64,000 nt of DNA, from the NCBI RefSeq assembly GCF_006345805.1, contig NC_042997.1, positions 202,306,001 to 202,370,000 of the forward strand. The letters are read 5' to 3'. The translations under genes and the position numbers were made by a program. Source of the DNA: Octopus sinensis (lineage: Eukaryota). The notes beneath the pieces are model-generated. The model ran no database searches. It was not told where the DNA came from and was given only the letters and a program-made list of their open reading frames with translations. The stretch's first letter is position 1, and the number at the start of each line of letters is the position of its first letter. Positions 13,153-25,149 of the stretch are shown here, in pieces.

Positions 13153-14075
13153 ATATATCTTTGGTAATCTTTTAAGCTGCATTTTCTAAAAATGGTTTTG
13201 TTAAAATTTTCATCAGTCTTTTTCAGTTTTCAAATTTAAAATGTATGTAAATTTCAAATCATAAGAATTAAATATTTCACGATGTGTGTGTGTGTGTATG
13301 TGTGTATTCTGTCTCGGGAAACTTCATTTGACCAGAGGCAAACAAAATTACTACTTAATTTCACAAAACTGTCTCTGCTGTATCTTCTGGGAAATTAATT
13401 GATTTCACTATTGAGTCTAGTAGACATTTTAAACTCTCTTTTTCTTTTTTCTTGATCTATTTAAATCATGTATACTCCAGTATCGTTCATTATTATCAAA
13501 GAAGATTAGCTTTCAAAAGCCTATCATTTGAATGAAATCGAAAAAAAGTCCATTTCTAATAACTAACTTCTTGGTATGTCTGTGAATACTGAATGTTTCC
13601 ATTCTTATTTGAAAGAATATTTTTATTTCTGAGATTAGATTCTCTCAGTATGAAATTATATTTGAGTATAGAGGTAAAAAATCATCTTTTTTAAGAATAT
13701 TTTCTATCCTCATTGATGATTCAAAACATGTAATGACTTTTAATTATGTAAGTCTCTTCTCTTGAGAGAAGGAAGTGATACACATAATTTTGTTTTTCAG
13801 TCTTGAAAATATGAATGTATTTACACACACACACACTTGTGCGGGTGTGTGGGTGTGCATGTGCTAGGGTATGCAGTCATCATCATCATCATTATTTGAC
13901 ATCCATTATCCATGCTGCCATGAGTTGGATGGTTTGACAAAGAGCTGGCCAGCTGGAGAGCTGCATCAGGCTCCCACTGTCTGTTTTGGCAAGGTTTCTG
14001 AAGTTCGGTGCCCGTCCTAACATCAGCCTCTTTACAGAGCAAACTGAGTGCTTTGTATATGGCACCAGCAGGGAT

Positions 14076-14376
14076 ACAGTTCTATATTTAAGAGATGAGG
14101 AATTATGTACATTATTTACATTTGACAGATATTTGTCCTCATTTTGTTTGTTGTTAACACAAGGTTTCAGCTAATATACCCTCCAGCCTTCATCAGGTGT
14201 CTTGGGGAAATTTCGAACCTGGTTTTTCTTTCCTAAGGTATTTTTCAATTCCAGGCAGTGACCTGAATAATAATCATGATAATGATAATAATAATAATAA
14301 TAATAATAATAACATCAAAAAAAAGCTTAGGAATGATAACCCAAGTTCAAAATTTCCCCAAGACACCTGATGAAGG
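14076..14376. mobile_element. Penelope-like element terminal-repeat fragment (inverted partial pLTR pair)
   Basis: About 14187-14247 and 14317-14376 are inverted copies around an (AAT)n spacer. Both carry hammerhead sequence (GACACCTGATGAAGG). Inserted within a family C SINE. Confidence 0.6.
14156..14201 (-). ncRNA. Minimal type I hammerhead ribozyme motif (degenerate), Penelope-like pLTR
   Basis: Minus strand reads GACAC-CUGAUGA-A-GGCUGG(AGGGUAUA)UUAGCU-GAAA-CCUU-GUGUU: stem I GACAC/GUGUU, catalytic core, stem II and a rudimentary stem III. Confidence 0.65.
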
Positions 14377-14525
14377 GATGTTTTTTACATGATACCAGCT
14401 GGGTCACTTTTTATATGTGGTGCCAGCATGATGCTTTTTACATGGTACCAGCATAGGTGCTTTTTATAGGGACCAGCATGAGTGCTTTTTGCATGGTACC
14501 AACATGGGTGCTTTTTATAGGACCA

Positions 14526-14662
14526 TTAGTTATCATTAAGCTAGTGTTAGGACCATTAATTGTGACTATGGTTTGGTGGAAGATTTTAATTCAAAACTTA
14601 TGAAACAAGACATTTGTACTATTGAGCCAGAGCCAGTTTCAGCCAGGTTGATAACAAAAGGG
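14526..14662 (+). mobile_element. piggyBac-type MITE, 3' partial copy
   Basis: Matches the right two-thirds of the 4391 copy and ends AAAGGG|TTAA. Confidence 0.75.
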
Positions 14663-14840
14663 TTAAGAGTTGATAAAATATGTACCAGTCAAGTACTTGG
14701 GTCAATTTCATGAACTGACCTCCCACCCACCCCCACCATCATACACACACACCCTTAAAATAGCTGGTTTCGTGCCAAAATTTGATTGTTTCCCCGCAAT
14801 CTCTTTACCTCTCTGATTAAGTCCTTTTATTTCTCATTAA

Positions 14841-15062
14841 CCTTTTCATTACCAACCTTGCTGAAACAGCCTCTGGCTTTGTAGTACAAATGTCTTGTCT
14901 TCAAAAGTTTTGAATTAAAATCTTCCACTAAACCTTAGTCACAATTTATGTTCCTAACACTAGCTGAATGATAACTAAGTTATTCTACTAAATTCTTTGT
15001 TATATTTAAAATTAATTGAAAGAAACACAGAGCATTTCAAAATAAATACAATAACGAAAAGG
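14841..15062 (-). mobile_element. piggyBac-type MITE, full copy in reverse orientation
   Basis: TTAA at 14837-14840 and 15063-15066; reverse complement of the 4391 copy. Confidence 0.85.
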
Positions 15063-15913
15063 TTAATAATTGATGTTTAAAAATAAAGGATTTTGGAGTT
15101 GTTTTTTGTTGTGGGAGTTTGACTTAATCTATCACCCATCCAGAGCAATGGATTGGTTGAACTGTAACAACATTAGATTGGATACTTTGCAGAATTTTTT
15201 CCAACTCTTTACGTTCTGGGTTCAAATTCATACATGGCCTATCTACAAGGTTTGACAGTTCAGTCTTTTCCCCTGACTAAAAGATGAAAATAAAAATTGA
15301 GTGAGTCAAGGCCATCTTAGCAGCATTCTAGACCCCTGGTCAAATCAATGCGGGGGTGTATAGTATATATTAGTTGAAAGCAAGCTGCAACAAACACAAC
15401 TGGCATTCCATCTGTTACGATGATGAAGTTTCCTGTTGATCCGATCTCAGAACAGCCTGCTCATGAAATAAACGTGCAAGTGGCTGAGCACCTCACAGAC
15501 ATGTATACCTATTTTTTTTACTACCCACAAGGAGCTAAACACAGAGGACAAACAAGGACAGACAAACTGCATGGTGGCCTTAATAATGCAGGAGGCACAA
15601 AAAAATGTATCCAGTCCATGTTGTAAAGGGGTTAGTTTTAGGTAAGTGTAGAAACCTTGCTAAAATAGACATTGGAGTATAATGTGGTCCTTGAACCCAT
15701 CATATCCCATCAAACTGTCCAACCCATGTCAACATGGAACATGGACTTCAAATGATGATGATGATGATGATGATGCCAGTGAACAGTGAGAATCAAAATG
15801 ATGGCATGCATATTCTTTATATATTCCTGCAGATTGGAATGTATTAAAAATAAATACGACGCAGGTAGAGAACTTCACCAGAAGGTTATTATAACAGTTA
15901 TAATTAAAGTATA

Positions 15914-16304
15914 CTAGCAGTATTGCCCAGCGTTGCTCGGGTTTGTTTCGACCCTTTAGAATTGGAATTTTTGAAAAGTAAAAATTTTGCATTATGTAGC
16001 TTGTTATTCTCTTTAAGTGAACATTTTTCTGGTTGAAATACACCGAAAAATGGTGACACAGTAGTAAAAAAATCGTAAAAAATAGGGATTTTCGTAGAAA
16101 AAAAAAGCACCTTTTTGATGTAAATAATTTTTGGTCTTAACATGGTCCAATTTGAATTTTTTCTTCTACGGAAGGAAGAGCAAGCCTCCTATCATACTCT
16201 CAATTTTGGTCAACTTGCACCGCAGGGTCTCGGAGGAGATAGTGTTAGTTGAAGGCTACCAAACCTGCCATACACAGACAACTTCAGCTTTATATAGAGA
16301 GAGA
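15914..16304 (-). mobile_element. Non-autonomous Helitron
   Basis: Minus strand starts A|TCTCTCTCTATATAAAG and ends with a GC-rich hairpin (15925-15942) followed by CTAG|T; no TSD. Confidence 0.75.
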
Positions 16305-16900
16305 TGTGCCAAGGACAACAGTATAGCTTTCACCAACATACTCAGCACTGAGAAACATTGTGTTACCCATGAAAGCAGGTCTCTGCTGAAACTGATTTTA
16401 TGGCAGTCTGTAACGATGCTAACTGGACTAAGAAAGATGCTGAGAAAAAGGAGGTGGGGTTTACAATTTTCATTGTCTTTGACATATTGGTGGGGGGGGG
16501 GAGATGTGGGGTCAGTAAGAGGCAGTCTCATAAAAATTGCTCTATATGTGAAGAAACAAAACAAAGAACATTTAGAAAGTTTCATCCTTCTATAAATCCA
16601 ACAGGCCATTATTTTCAGCCATAGCCTCTGTAAGTTACGAAGACTGTTATGACACCTGAGGCCATTTCTAATGCTGTTGAGCTATTCTGGTTTTCACTTA
16701 AATGTCTTTTAGCAAGCTTCTTAATTCTGTATCTCAAATCTGATGATTTTCTAAGCTGATTAATTAACAAAATATTAATTCATTCATTACATAATTAATG
16801 CTATGTTTATCTTCATCACTTCCCAAGCTCTGATACTGTTGTCACAATGACATTTTAAAAATATAAAACAATTTAACTTTTCAGAATTTTTTTTTTTTAA

Positions 16901-17280
16901 TTCTTTTATTCTTTTGCTTGTTTCAGTCATTAGACTGCAGCCATGCTTGAAGAATTTTAGTCAAAGGAATCAACCCCAATATTCTTTTTTAACCTGGTAC
17001 TTATTCTATCAGTTTCTTTTGCTGAACCACTAAGTCACAGGGATGTAAACACACCAACACCAGTTGTCAAGCAATGGTGGGAGACAAACACACACACACA
17101 CACACATACATATGTACAACGGGCTTCTTTTAGTTTCAGTCCTGCAAATACATTCACAAAGCTTTGGTCGGTCTGAGGCTATGGTAAAAGACACTTGCCC
17201 AAGGTGCCATGCAGTGGAACTGAACCCAGAACCATGTGGTTGGGACGCAAACTTCTTACCACACAGCCACGTCTGCACCT
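16901..17280 (-). mobile_element. SINE family A
   Basis: Full-length reverse copy. Confidence 0.85.
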
Positions 17281-17339
17281 ATGTATCAGGTTTTATTACA
17301 TTTCTGGCAGACTGATTGTTTATTAAAGCTTCTTTCTGT

Positions 17340-17383
<44 letters not shown>

Positions 17384-17459
17384 CTGCCTGTCTGTCTGTC
17401 TGTCTTGTGCATCAAATGATAAAAGTATTTAGTCTATATACAAAAGCCCTTCTTCATAT

Positions 17460-17649
17460 CAGTGCTCTGCTACCAGTATGCTGTGGCACACTGGTGTGCC
17501 ATTAGACAATGCTAGGTGTGCCACAGTGTAAACTGAATATAATTTTTTTTTTCCCCTATACTCATAGTTATATTTTTAGTTCGGGTGTGCCACCAGATTT
17601 TGAAAAGACTATCAGTGTACCAAAAGCGAAAAATGGTTGTGAAGCGCTG
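17460..17649. mobile_element. Degenerate hAT-type MITE
   Basis: CAGTGCT...AGCGCTG termini, repeated GGTGTGCC subterminal motifs, weak 8-bp flanks CTTCATAT/CTCTGTAT. Confidence 0.45.
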
Positions 17650-18082
17650 CTCTGTATTCATGGTTTTGTAGTTAACTTGAAGGTTTAGTTAAATTTCTAT
17701 TTCTGGATTAATGTTTATTTAAAGCTGGGGTATGGTTAGAATTAATTTCAAATAATTTTGTAAATATTGCAATCATTGGTTACAAAAGTTTAATTAATAA
17801 TTAAGAATGAATCATCATAAAGTGCCTGGAATATCAGTAAATGAATGGAATACATGTCTGACCAGAAGAAGAAAATTATGCAGTCCACTGGAATGATTAT
17901 TAATCTAAATTAACTTAGAAAATTATTTTGTAATTGAAATGGTTAATAGCTTTATGAATAACAGTAATTGCATTTTTAAGACAAATAAAGTGGCGATGGT
18001 GATGTTGGTGGTGGTTATTTTTGTTTAACCCCAGGTAGTACTGATAAGACTTTTTGACCAAAAGTAGTTCAGTTGTGACCAA

Positions 18083-18462
18083 TAGGCACAGGTGTGGTTG
18101 TGTGGTAAGAAATTTGCTTCCCAACCATATGGTTCTGGGTTCAGTCCCACCGCATGGCACCTTGGGAAATTGTCTTCTTTTATAGCCTCAGGCTGACCAA
18201 AGCCTTGTGAGTGGATTTGGTTGACAGAAACTGAAAGACTCCCATCATGTGTGTGTGTTTGTCCCCCACCATTGCTTGACAACCGGTATCGGTGTGTTTT
18301 GTCCCCATAACTTAGAAGTTCAGCATCAGAGACCAATAGAATAAGTATTAGGCTTAAAAATTAAGTACTGGAGTTGATTCATTCAGCAAAAAACTTCTTC
18401 AAGGCAGTGCCCCAGCATGGCCACAGTCTAGTGACTAAAACAAGTGAAAGAATAAAAGAATA
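18083..18462 (+). mobile_element. SINE family A
   Basis: Full-length copy with a (GAATAAAA)n tail. Confidence 0.85.
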
Positions 18463-18474
18463 AACATCCAGTCG

Positions 18475-18509
<35 letters not shown>

Positions 18510-18669
18510 GGAGTAGACTACATTATCCAATGTGTCCTCTTTCCAAGGTAGTAGGAAATGATTTGAGGGAGATTTCACTGCTATTTACAGACTCACGTGT
18601 ACAGGTGTGGTGTTGCAAACAGGGGAAATAGAATTCAATATTCAAGAATAAATATATTTGTTTTATAAA

Positions 18670-19510
18670 GTGATTAAAGATATGAAGAGTGGAAAAGCCC
18701 CTGGCCCTTCAGGAATCATCGCTGAGATGCTTAAAATATCTGGTGGTGGTGGTGGTGGTGGTGGGTTGTGGTCTAGTCACCCATATTGTAAATTAGGTGG
18801 TTCACAAAGGAGCCATACCCAATGACTGGTGTAGCAGCACTACAGTCAACCACTACAAAGGTGATGCCTTAGATAGAAATAATTACAGAGGTATCAAATT
18901 GTTGGATCAGGTGATGAAAGTTGCAGAGAGAGTCATAGCCCAACTAATTAGGGAGAGAGTTAGTTTAGATAAGATGCAGTTTGGTTTTGTGCCAGGGAGA
19001 AGCACCACTGATGCTATATTTCAGGTAAGACAACTGCAGGAGAAATACCTAGCCAAAGATAAACTTCTGTACTTGGCTTTTGTTGACATGGAGAAAGCTT
19101 TTGACAGGGCTCCCCAATCCCTTATCTGGTGGTCAGTGCAGAAACTAAGGATAAATGAGTGATTGGTGAGAACTGTACAATCCTTGTACAGGGACACTAC
19201 CAGTAAGGTGATGGTTGGCAACGGGTAGAGTAAAAAATTCAGGGTACAAGTAGGGGTTCACCAAGGATCAATCCTCAGCTCCTCTTGTTCATCATAGTCC
19301 TCCAGGCAATGGCAGAGGAATTTAAAACTGGCTACCCCTCGGAACTCCTCTCTATGCTATAAGACCTCGCTCTTATAGCTGAATCACTACCAGAACTAGA
19401 GAAGTTCCAGGTATGGCAGCAAGGTCTAGAATTGAAGGGCCTTGGAGTTAACCTAGCCAAAACCAAAGTCTTAGTATTTAGGAAGGCAGACAAATCGCAA
19501 ATCCCATGGA
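18670..19510 (+). mobile_element. RTE-clade LINE reverse transcriptase fragment (pseudogene)
   Basis: KSGKAPGPSGI, NYRGIKLL, QFGFVPGRSTTDAIF, LAFVDMEKAFD, GVHQGSILS and a frameshifted YADD region. Stops and frameshifts present, plus a (GGT)n expansion. Confidence 0.92.
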
Positions 19511-20360
19511 ACATGGATGTTAAATTATGATGACAATTGTTCGGTAATGCGGCTTTGCTTTAATATCATATCATTCTACTGTCTTTACTATTAGTAATTA
19601 CTACCAGTTTTTAGTAATACAAACTTAATTGTGAGGAGAGACACAAATGTAGAAGTTAAACAACATAACCTCCATCAACACTGCCACCATCATCATTTTA
19701 TATCTGTTCTCTGATATATTTACATGGGGCAGTCAAATCCTCTCCAGCAGCACTTTGCCACAAGCGATGGCCTTTTGTCTACATATATGTAATGTATGTA
19801 TGTAGATAGTTTAATAAAGACATTTTCTCACTGTTTTCTGAAAAATAAAAATCTTTGATGTTGCTTAAAGCATTGATGAGGTTTTGTTTTTGCTTTTTCT
19901 TTTTACATTTTTAATCAATAATACCTTTTCATATGTATCTGGAAAGAGCCCAGCCTTTGAAAAATGACAAAATTTATTCTTGGTTTAAATTTACATATGA
20001 ATTGTGGTTCATATTAAATTTATGTTTCAATAACACAGAACAAAAAAAAAGTATTTATTATTGATATGAATATTTGAAATTTTTAAAGAATCGAAAAGAA
20101 ATTAAAATTATTGTGGATGTTATATTTTATCATCATCATCATCATCAAAATCTTGTCTTATCTTCTCCTGTATCTTTATACATTGTTAAAATTAAAATGA
20201 TTTCCTTTGTATATTACTACTAAGCTAAACTTTTCTTTTAGTTTTACATAGATATATATGTATATTGTAATAATAATCACTACGAACAGAAAATGTTTGA
20301 TTGAATTAATATTCATGTATATGAAATGTCATAATATCATTTCCAGCCACTGTTGAAATT

Positions 20361-20460
20361 TGATTTAATTACGTAACAAAGGAGGCGCATGATTGGCTCT
20401 CTCTGGATCACTCATTTTTCACTTAGCTTCATTGATTGGTTGATTGGAAATTATTTGCAT
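20361..20460. promoter_or_regulatory. Putative cis-regulatory motif cluster
   Basis: TTACGTAA (20369-20376), three GATTGG inverted CCAAT boxes (ATTGG at 20392, 20435, 20443) and octamer ATTTGCAT (20453-20460), in a transposon-free block. Confidence 0.3.
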
Positions 20461-21665
20461 TGATCAAATTATCTCTACTGTTTTATTTCATCTTATTCCT
20501 TTAGATCTTATCAGCCTTTCAGAAACATAAAAAAAAAAAAAGATGTAGTGCTGATTATTTTTTTAAATGTTTATAAATATGTAGAGAATAAAACAAAATA
20601 ATTGTTTACATTTCCTCCATTGCTGAATACATTTTTACTTGATTAATTAAATATATCACAATCAAATGCAACTAAGTTTCCAGAATTTGTTCAATAAATT
20701 TCAGCCGTTAAAATTAGTTTGCTCAATAATACAGACTAATATGAGTTATTGAAGGGTGCAAATCTTTTCATTTAAGTCCTTTGTTGAATGTAATGGAATT
20801 TGCTGGAGTGTACATAGATGTTCTGTTGAAGATCTACATACACTTCCCAAACAGATCTGTGGAAAAAAAATTCTAGAGTTCCTTAAGATAAGGTTTCTTT
20901 TACTTAGATTTAATAAAACTGATTTCCATTCTCCATTTTTTTTCTCCTCATGAAACAGATAAGCTATCATGTTTAAATTAACGATATGTATTAATTTTAT
21001 AATTATGGAATGATAGTGCTAAGTAATGATGTATATAAATACAAACTTGCTACCACTTCAAATATGTGTGAGGAATATCTGAGCCTATTAGAAAGTCATT
21101 TGCTCTATTTTGCCATAGAGAAAATTTCTCACTTTAAACAAATAGGGTAAATGCACCAAGTCAGTTCACAGCGCCCCCTAACCAGACTGTTGGATTTATG
21201 CATGTCAGAGTAGTTATCTCCTCTTCAACCACAGAGACCAGAAATGCTGCATGAGAGACAAGTCCCTCTTATGATACTTCCATCGTTGACAGGTTGTGCT
21301 ATTCAGCAGTTCACTGCTAATAAAATATGAGATGACAGCACTAATTTATAATTATATAAACGATGCTTTTACTCTATTGAAACAGATGTAGGGAACAATT
21401 ATATTATGAATCACCTGTGAAATTTCAGCCATTTTTGCTAGTGATGGCTATAGATTTTGCGGTTCATAAGAGCTAAGATAATCTAAGCATTGATTTGTTT
21501 CCAAGTATAAAAACTTATACAAAAATTAAAGTATTTTTCTCAAATTTTAACAGTTACCATGTATAATTAACTCCGAAACCTTTTTTACATAAATCATATA
21601 TATATATATATATATATACAAATTGAGATAGGGGTTGTGTATATATATATATATATATATATATA

Positions 21666-22115
21666 GGTGCATGGCTATATACACTTATATGTATGTGTAT
21701 ATTATATATTATGTATATGTACCCATTCTTGTATGGGTGTACCTTCTCTGATATTCATATTTAGATTGTACTTTATAATCTCTGAAGAGGCCTTGGGATA
21801 TATTTGTAAGTGTTTCATTTATAACCACATATTAACTTATCACACCTGGCTAATATGAGCATAATGAGATACTCATATCTACATGGCTGAAACAGCTGTA
21901 AGATATAGTTTATATTTATATTTATTTATACCTATTGTACTTATTGTATCATATTACTCATTGATGTGCATTGTTTTGTTCTGTACTATTATGTTTTGAC
22001 CTTGATGTTCATATGTAGTTGGTTAATAAATTATGTGAATGGGTATTATCTGGTAGTTGATTATTGATTAACGTGTGTTTCTCCATTTTCTTATTTTGTA
22101 TATTTATATATATAA
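21666..22115 (+). mobile_element. Hammerhead-bearing short element inserted in (TA)n, probable Penelope-like solo pLTR
   Basis: About 450-bp block bounded on both sides by (TA)n runs and containing the 21778-21904 hammerhead motif. Confidence 0.5.
21778..21904 (+). ncRNA. Type I hammerhead ribozyme motif with long stem II insert
   Basis: AUCU-CUGAAGA-GGCC..(about 90 nt)..GGCU-GAAA-CAGCUG-UA|AGAU. Stem I AUCU/AGAU, palindromic stem III ACAGCUGU, predicted cleavage after GUA at 21900. Confidence 0.75.
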
Positions 22116-22141
22116 TTTGAACTTTTAATTTATCGTTTTAG

Positions 22142-22839
22142 GGTACTTCATGTTCAGTGTTGGATATGTCTACCTCTGTCAAGGAACATTTGTGAATGAT
22201 GGCAATGTAACCAGCCAGAATAAATCATTGGTAAACCACAGTATGTTCGACGACCTAAGTACTGCATCTTTCGATTCTGAAATAATAATTAGTAGTACTC
22301 ACTTACCTGGTGCTGCAGTACTGCAATCAACAGGTAGAATGAAAAAGCCTCCCCTAACTTCCACTACTGCTGCTACTAATAAGGGCCAAAATGTAGGCAA
22401 TTCAGAATCCATAACTACAGCATCTGTATCTTCACTATCATCGGCCAATCCAGCAATAATCCGTTCCCCTATTTTGGAAAATGTTAATGAAGCACAATTA
22501 AAAAGTTTGTCTAGTAAAGATCAGTTTAACCTAAAAAAGGCCCCAGTTTATAAGATTCCTGAATTACCTCATAGCCACTGGATTTCTGGCCCAGCAAATC
22601 ACACAGTTATACATCGAGTTAAAAAAGATACATGGCCTCAGTCACTGAAAACCTGCACCCCACCTGGAACACCAATATTGGCTATTCACCAGTCAGTACC
22701 AGAAGACACACCCAAGGACAGCACCTTGCCTGAATGGAGTGAGCAATTAAAATCATTGTGTGCTGATAATGAAGAAAGGATTTATTTAATCCTAGAACAG
22801 GCTCCTGCAAACCCTTATTTTGGTATTGACAAAGTTACG
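22142..22839 (+). CDS. Cadherin-family gene, first visible coding exon (signal-peptide tail, Ser/Thr-rich pro-region, N-terminal part of EC1)
   Basis: Acceptor ttttAG at 22140-22141 and donor ACG|GTAAGT at 22840. Open frame (x)YFMFSVGYVYLCQG...HRVKKDTWPQSLKTCTPPG...SVPEDTP...NPYFGIDKVT carries the cadherin VPEDxP and YFxIDxxT motifs. The ORF-track tail after VT is intron read-through. The start codon is either ATG 22150 or in an unlocated upstream exon (phase 1). Confidence 0.85.
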
Positions 22840-24649
22840 GTAAGTTGCATCTATTTCTGTGATATTTTCTTTGTACTTCATCATTTGTACATCTTCTTTC
22901 TATACCAGCATGAGTTAGATGAGTCGTCACTGTCTGAGTCACTGTATTTTGGAATCTGCTGCCCTCATTGACTGCTACTCTTACATTTCATTGTTGATTT
23001 GATTTGGTTTGATTTCTGTGGCTGGATGCACTTTTTAATGTGATATACCTTTCAGTCTGGCTGGAACCTTGCACCATCCACAAACTTGGTCTGTGGACCT
23101 TTCTCGGCAGTTAGGAAGAGCCAGTTGTCCTATATGCCATATGTCTCTATTTGCTTCTTGTTAAATGCTTTCAGGATCTTTAAACTCCTGTATATTGGTC
23201 TTCTAGATTAATTTCTGCTTCTGAGCCCACCTGACTCTAAATATGAAGTCACTAACTACTTACTATTGTCAGGTAGTACATACTTCAGCATGGAAAGATT
23301 TCACATTCACAACCATTTGTCTATCTCATTTCTTAGATCAAATAAAGTCTGTTTTGCTTGTGTGTCCACCAAATAATTTCAAATAATTTTTAAAATAATG
23401 AAGGATTTATTAAAATAACTTTGTTCTTATCAAGTAAGTGTTTGGTGAATAGCTTGATGAAAGGTATTAATTTTGATCACTTTAAAAAAGCTATTTTATA
23501 TCAGAACCAAGGTTAGTCTCAGGCCGGTGGTATCAAAAGGGTTAACTGTTTAGTCACAATTTTTATCATTCATTCATTTTATAGTGCGTGCACATGCACA
23601 CACACACACACATGCATGCATGCGTGCACAACATGCACAATGTTGAAAAGATTAATAAAAACTAATTATATCCAGTTTAGTTTGGATCACATTATCCTAG
23701 GTATTATTTTCATGAGCTTTTATTTTCTGCCTATCATGTTCCTTTAAGTAGAAACAAAATGAAAATAAACCACTTAATTCAAACAAAACTAGTTTACATA
23801 AACAAATCTTTCATTTAAAATTTTTCACTTTATTTCTATTTCTTTCTCATGAAAATTCCTTAAATAGTCGAGTGTTTTATGATGCTAAAATTTTATGCTT
23901 CAATTTCTTTTAATATAAACAAGGATTATTCTTAAAACTACCTCCTTGCTCCTTCTGAATAAATTTATGAGCAATTTAGCCTGAAGCAAGCATCACATTT
24001 GCTATTGAGAATGTTGGAAAATGTATAAATAATTAAATGTCTCAATAAAATCATTTAATAAATTAATTGAAGCAACTCCATAAGTTGTTTACCTATCATG
24101 TCAATTGTGTCTGTGATTAAACTCACTTGGGGCTGTGGCTGTGGCTGTGGCACCTTTGGAAACAAACCATAAATTATGCTGCAAACTCCACCTGTTCTTT
24201 CATTCATAATTACTCCAACTTGCAGGAATTTTTACTGGTACTGAACGAAATTTTGTAAATTAATTTTCATGTGATTACAATTTAGCCAGCAGCATTCTTA
24301 AACAGTTTACATTCAATGTCCATGGTTTACTGCTATACAGCATTACACTTGTTATACATGCTTCAAACAATTTGCTTCTTTGGACCAAGACAGAGAGGAA
24401 GGCCTTTGCTAAGAAGATTTTTTTAGATGTAATTTGGTTATTTCCAAACACTTATTTTAACATTTACTGCCAATGCTGACCAGGACAATTGCCCCCTTCT
24501 CCCATGCACAAAAACCATTCATCTACATGTTTTCAGTGCCTAGCAGACTATAGGGTAGTGGTTTTCAGTTTTTTGCCTATGGACCCCTTTCATTTCTGCT
24601 TTACTGTTGGATCCTCATAACTATTCCATGTTTAAAAAATGCTCTTATC

Positions 24650-25110
24650 ACATCATCATCATTTAATGTCCGTTTTCCATCCTGGCATGGGTTGGACGGT
24701 TTGACTAAGGTCTGGAGAGCCAACAGCTGCACCAGGCTCCAATCTGATCTGGCAATGTTTCTACAGCTGGATGCCCTTCCTAATGCCAACCACTCTAAGA
24801 GTGTAGTGGGTGATTTTTACATGCCACCAGCACAGGAGCCAGTCTGTGGGTACTGGCATCGGCCACATTCGGATAGTGCTTTTTACGTGCCACTGGCATG
24901 AAAGCCAGTCAGGGGGTACTGGCATCGGTCAATATTCAGTTGCTGGTTTTTACATGCCACCAGCACAGGAGCCAGTCAAGCGGACCTGGCATCGACCACA
25001 TTCAGATGGTGCTTTTTACATGCGACCAGTACGGAAGCCAGTGAAGGGGCATTGGCCACAGCTACAATATTGGTTCTACTTGACTCAACAGGTCTTCTCA
25101 AGCATATCAT
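24650..25110 (-). mobile_element. SINE family C with internal tandem units
   Basis: (CAT)n, 3' module and four units of about 60 bp. Confidence 0.8.
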
Positions 25111-25149
25111 ATTGCCCAACACATCAGAGATACTCTTAACTGGGCCGGA

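Noticed and set aside
15833-15864. Short segment between a good acceptor (TTCCTGCAG) and CAG|GTAGAG
   Set aside because: Weak donor and no informative peptide; unsupported as an exon.
16131-16595. 154-aa ORF
   Set aside because: It crosses the Helitron boundary into unrelated DNA and has no recognisable motif or splice signals.
22840-22971. C-terminal 43 aa of the 273-aa ORF, with a hydrophobic stretch that looks like a membrane anchor
   Set aside because: It lies after a consensus GTAAGT donor, and the cadherin fold continues in the 27859 exon. Best read as intron read-through.
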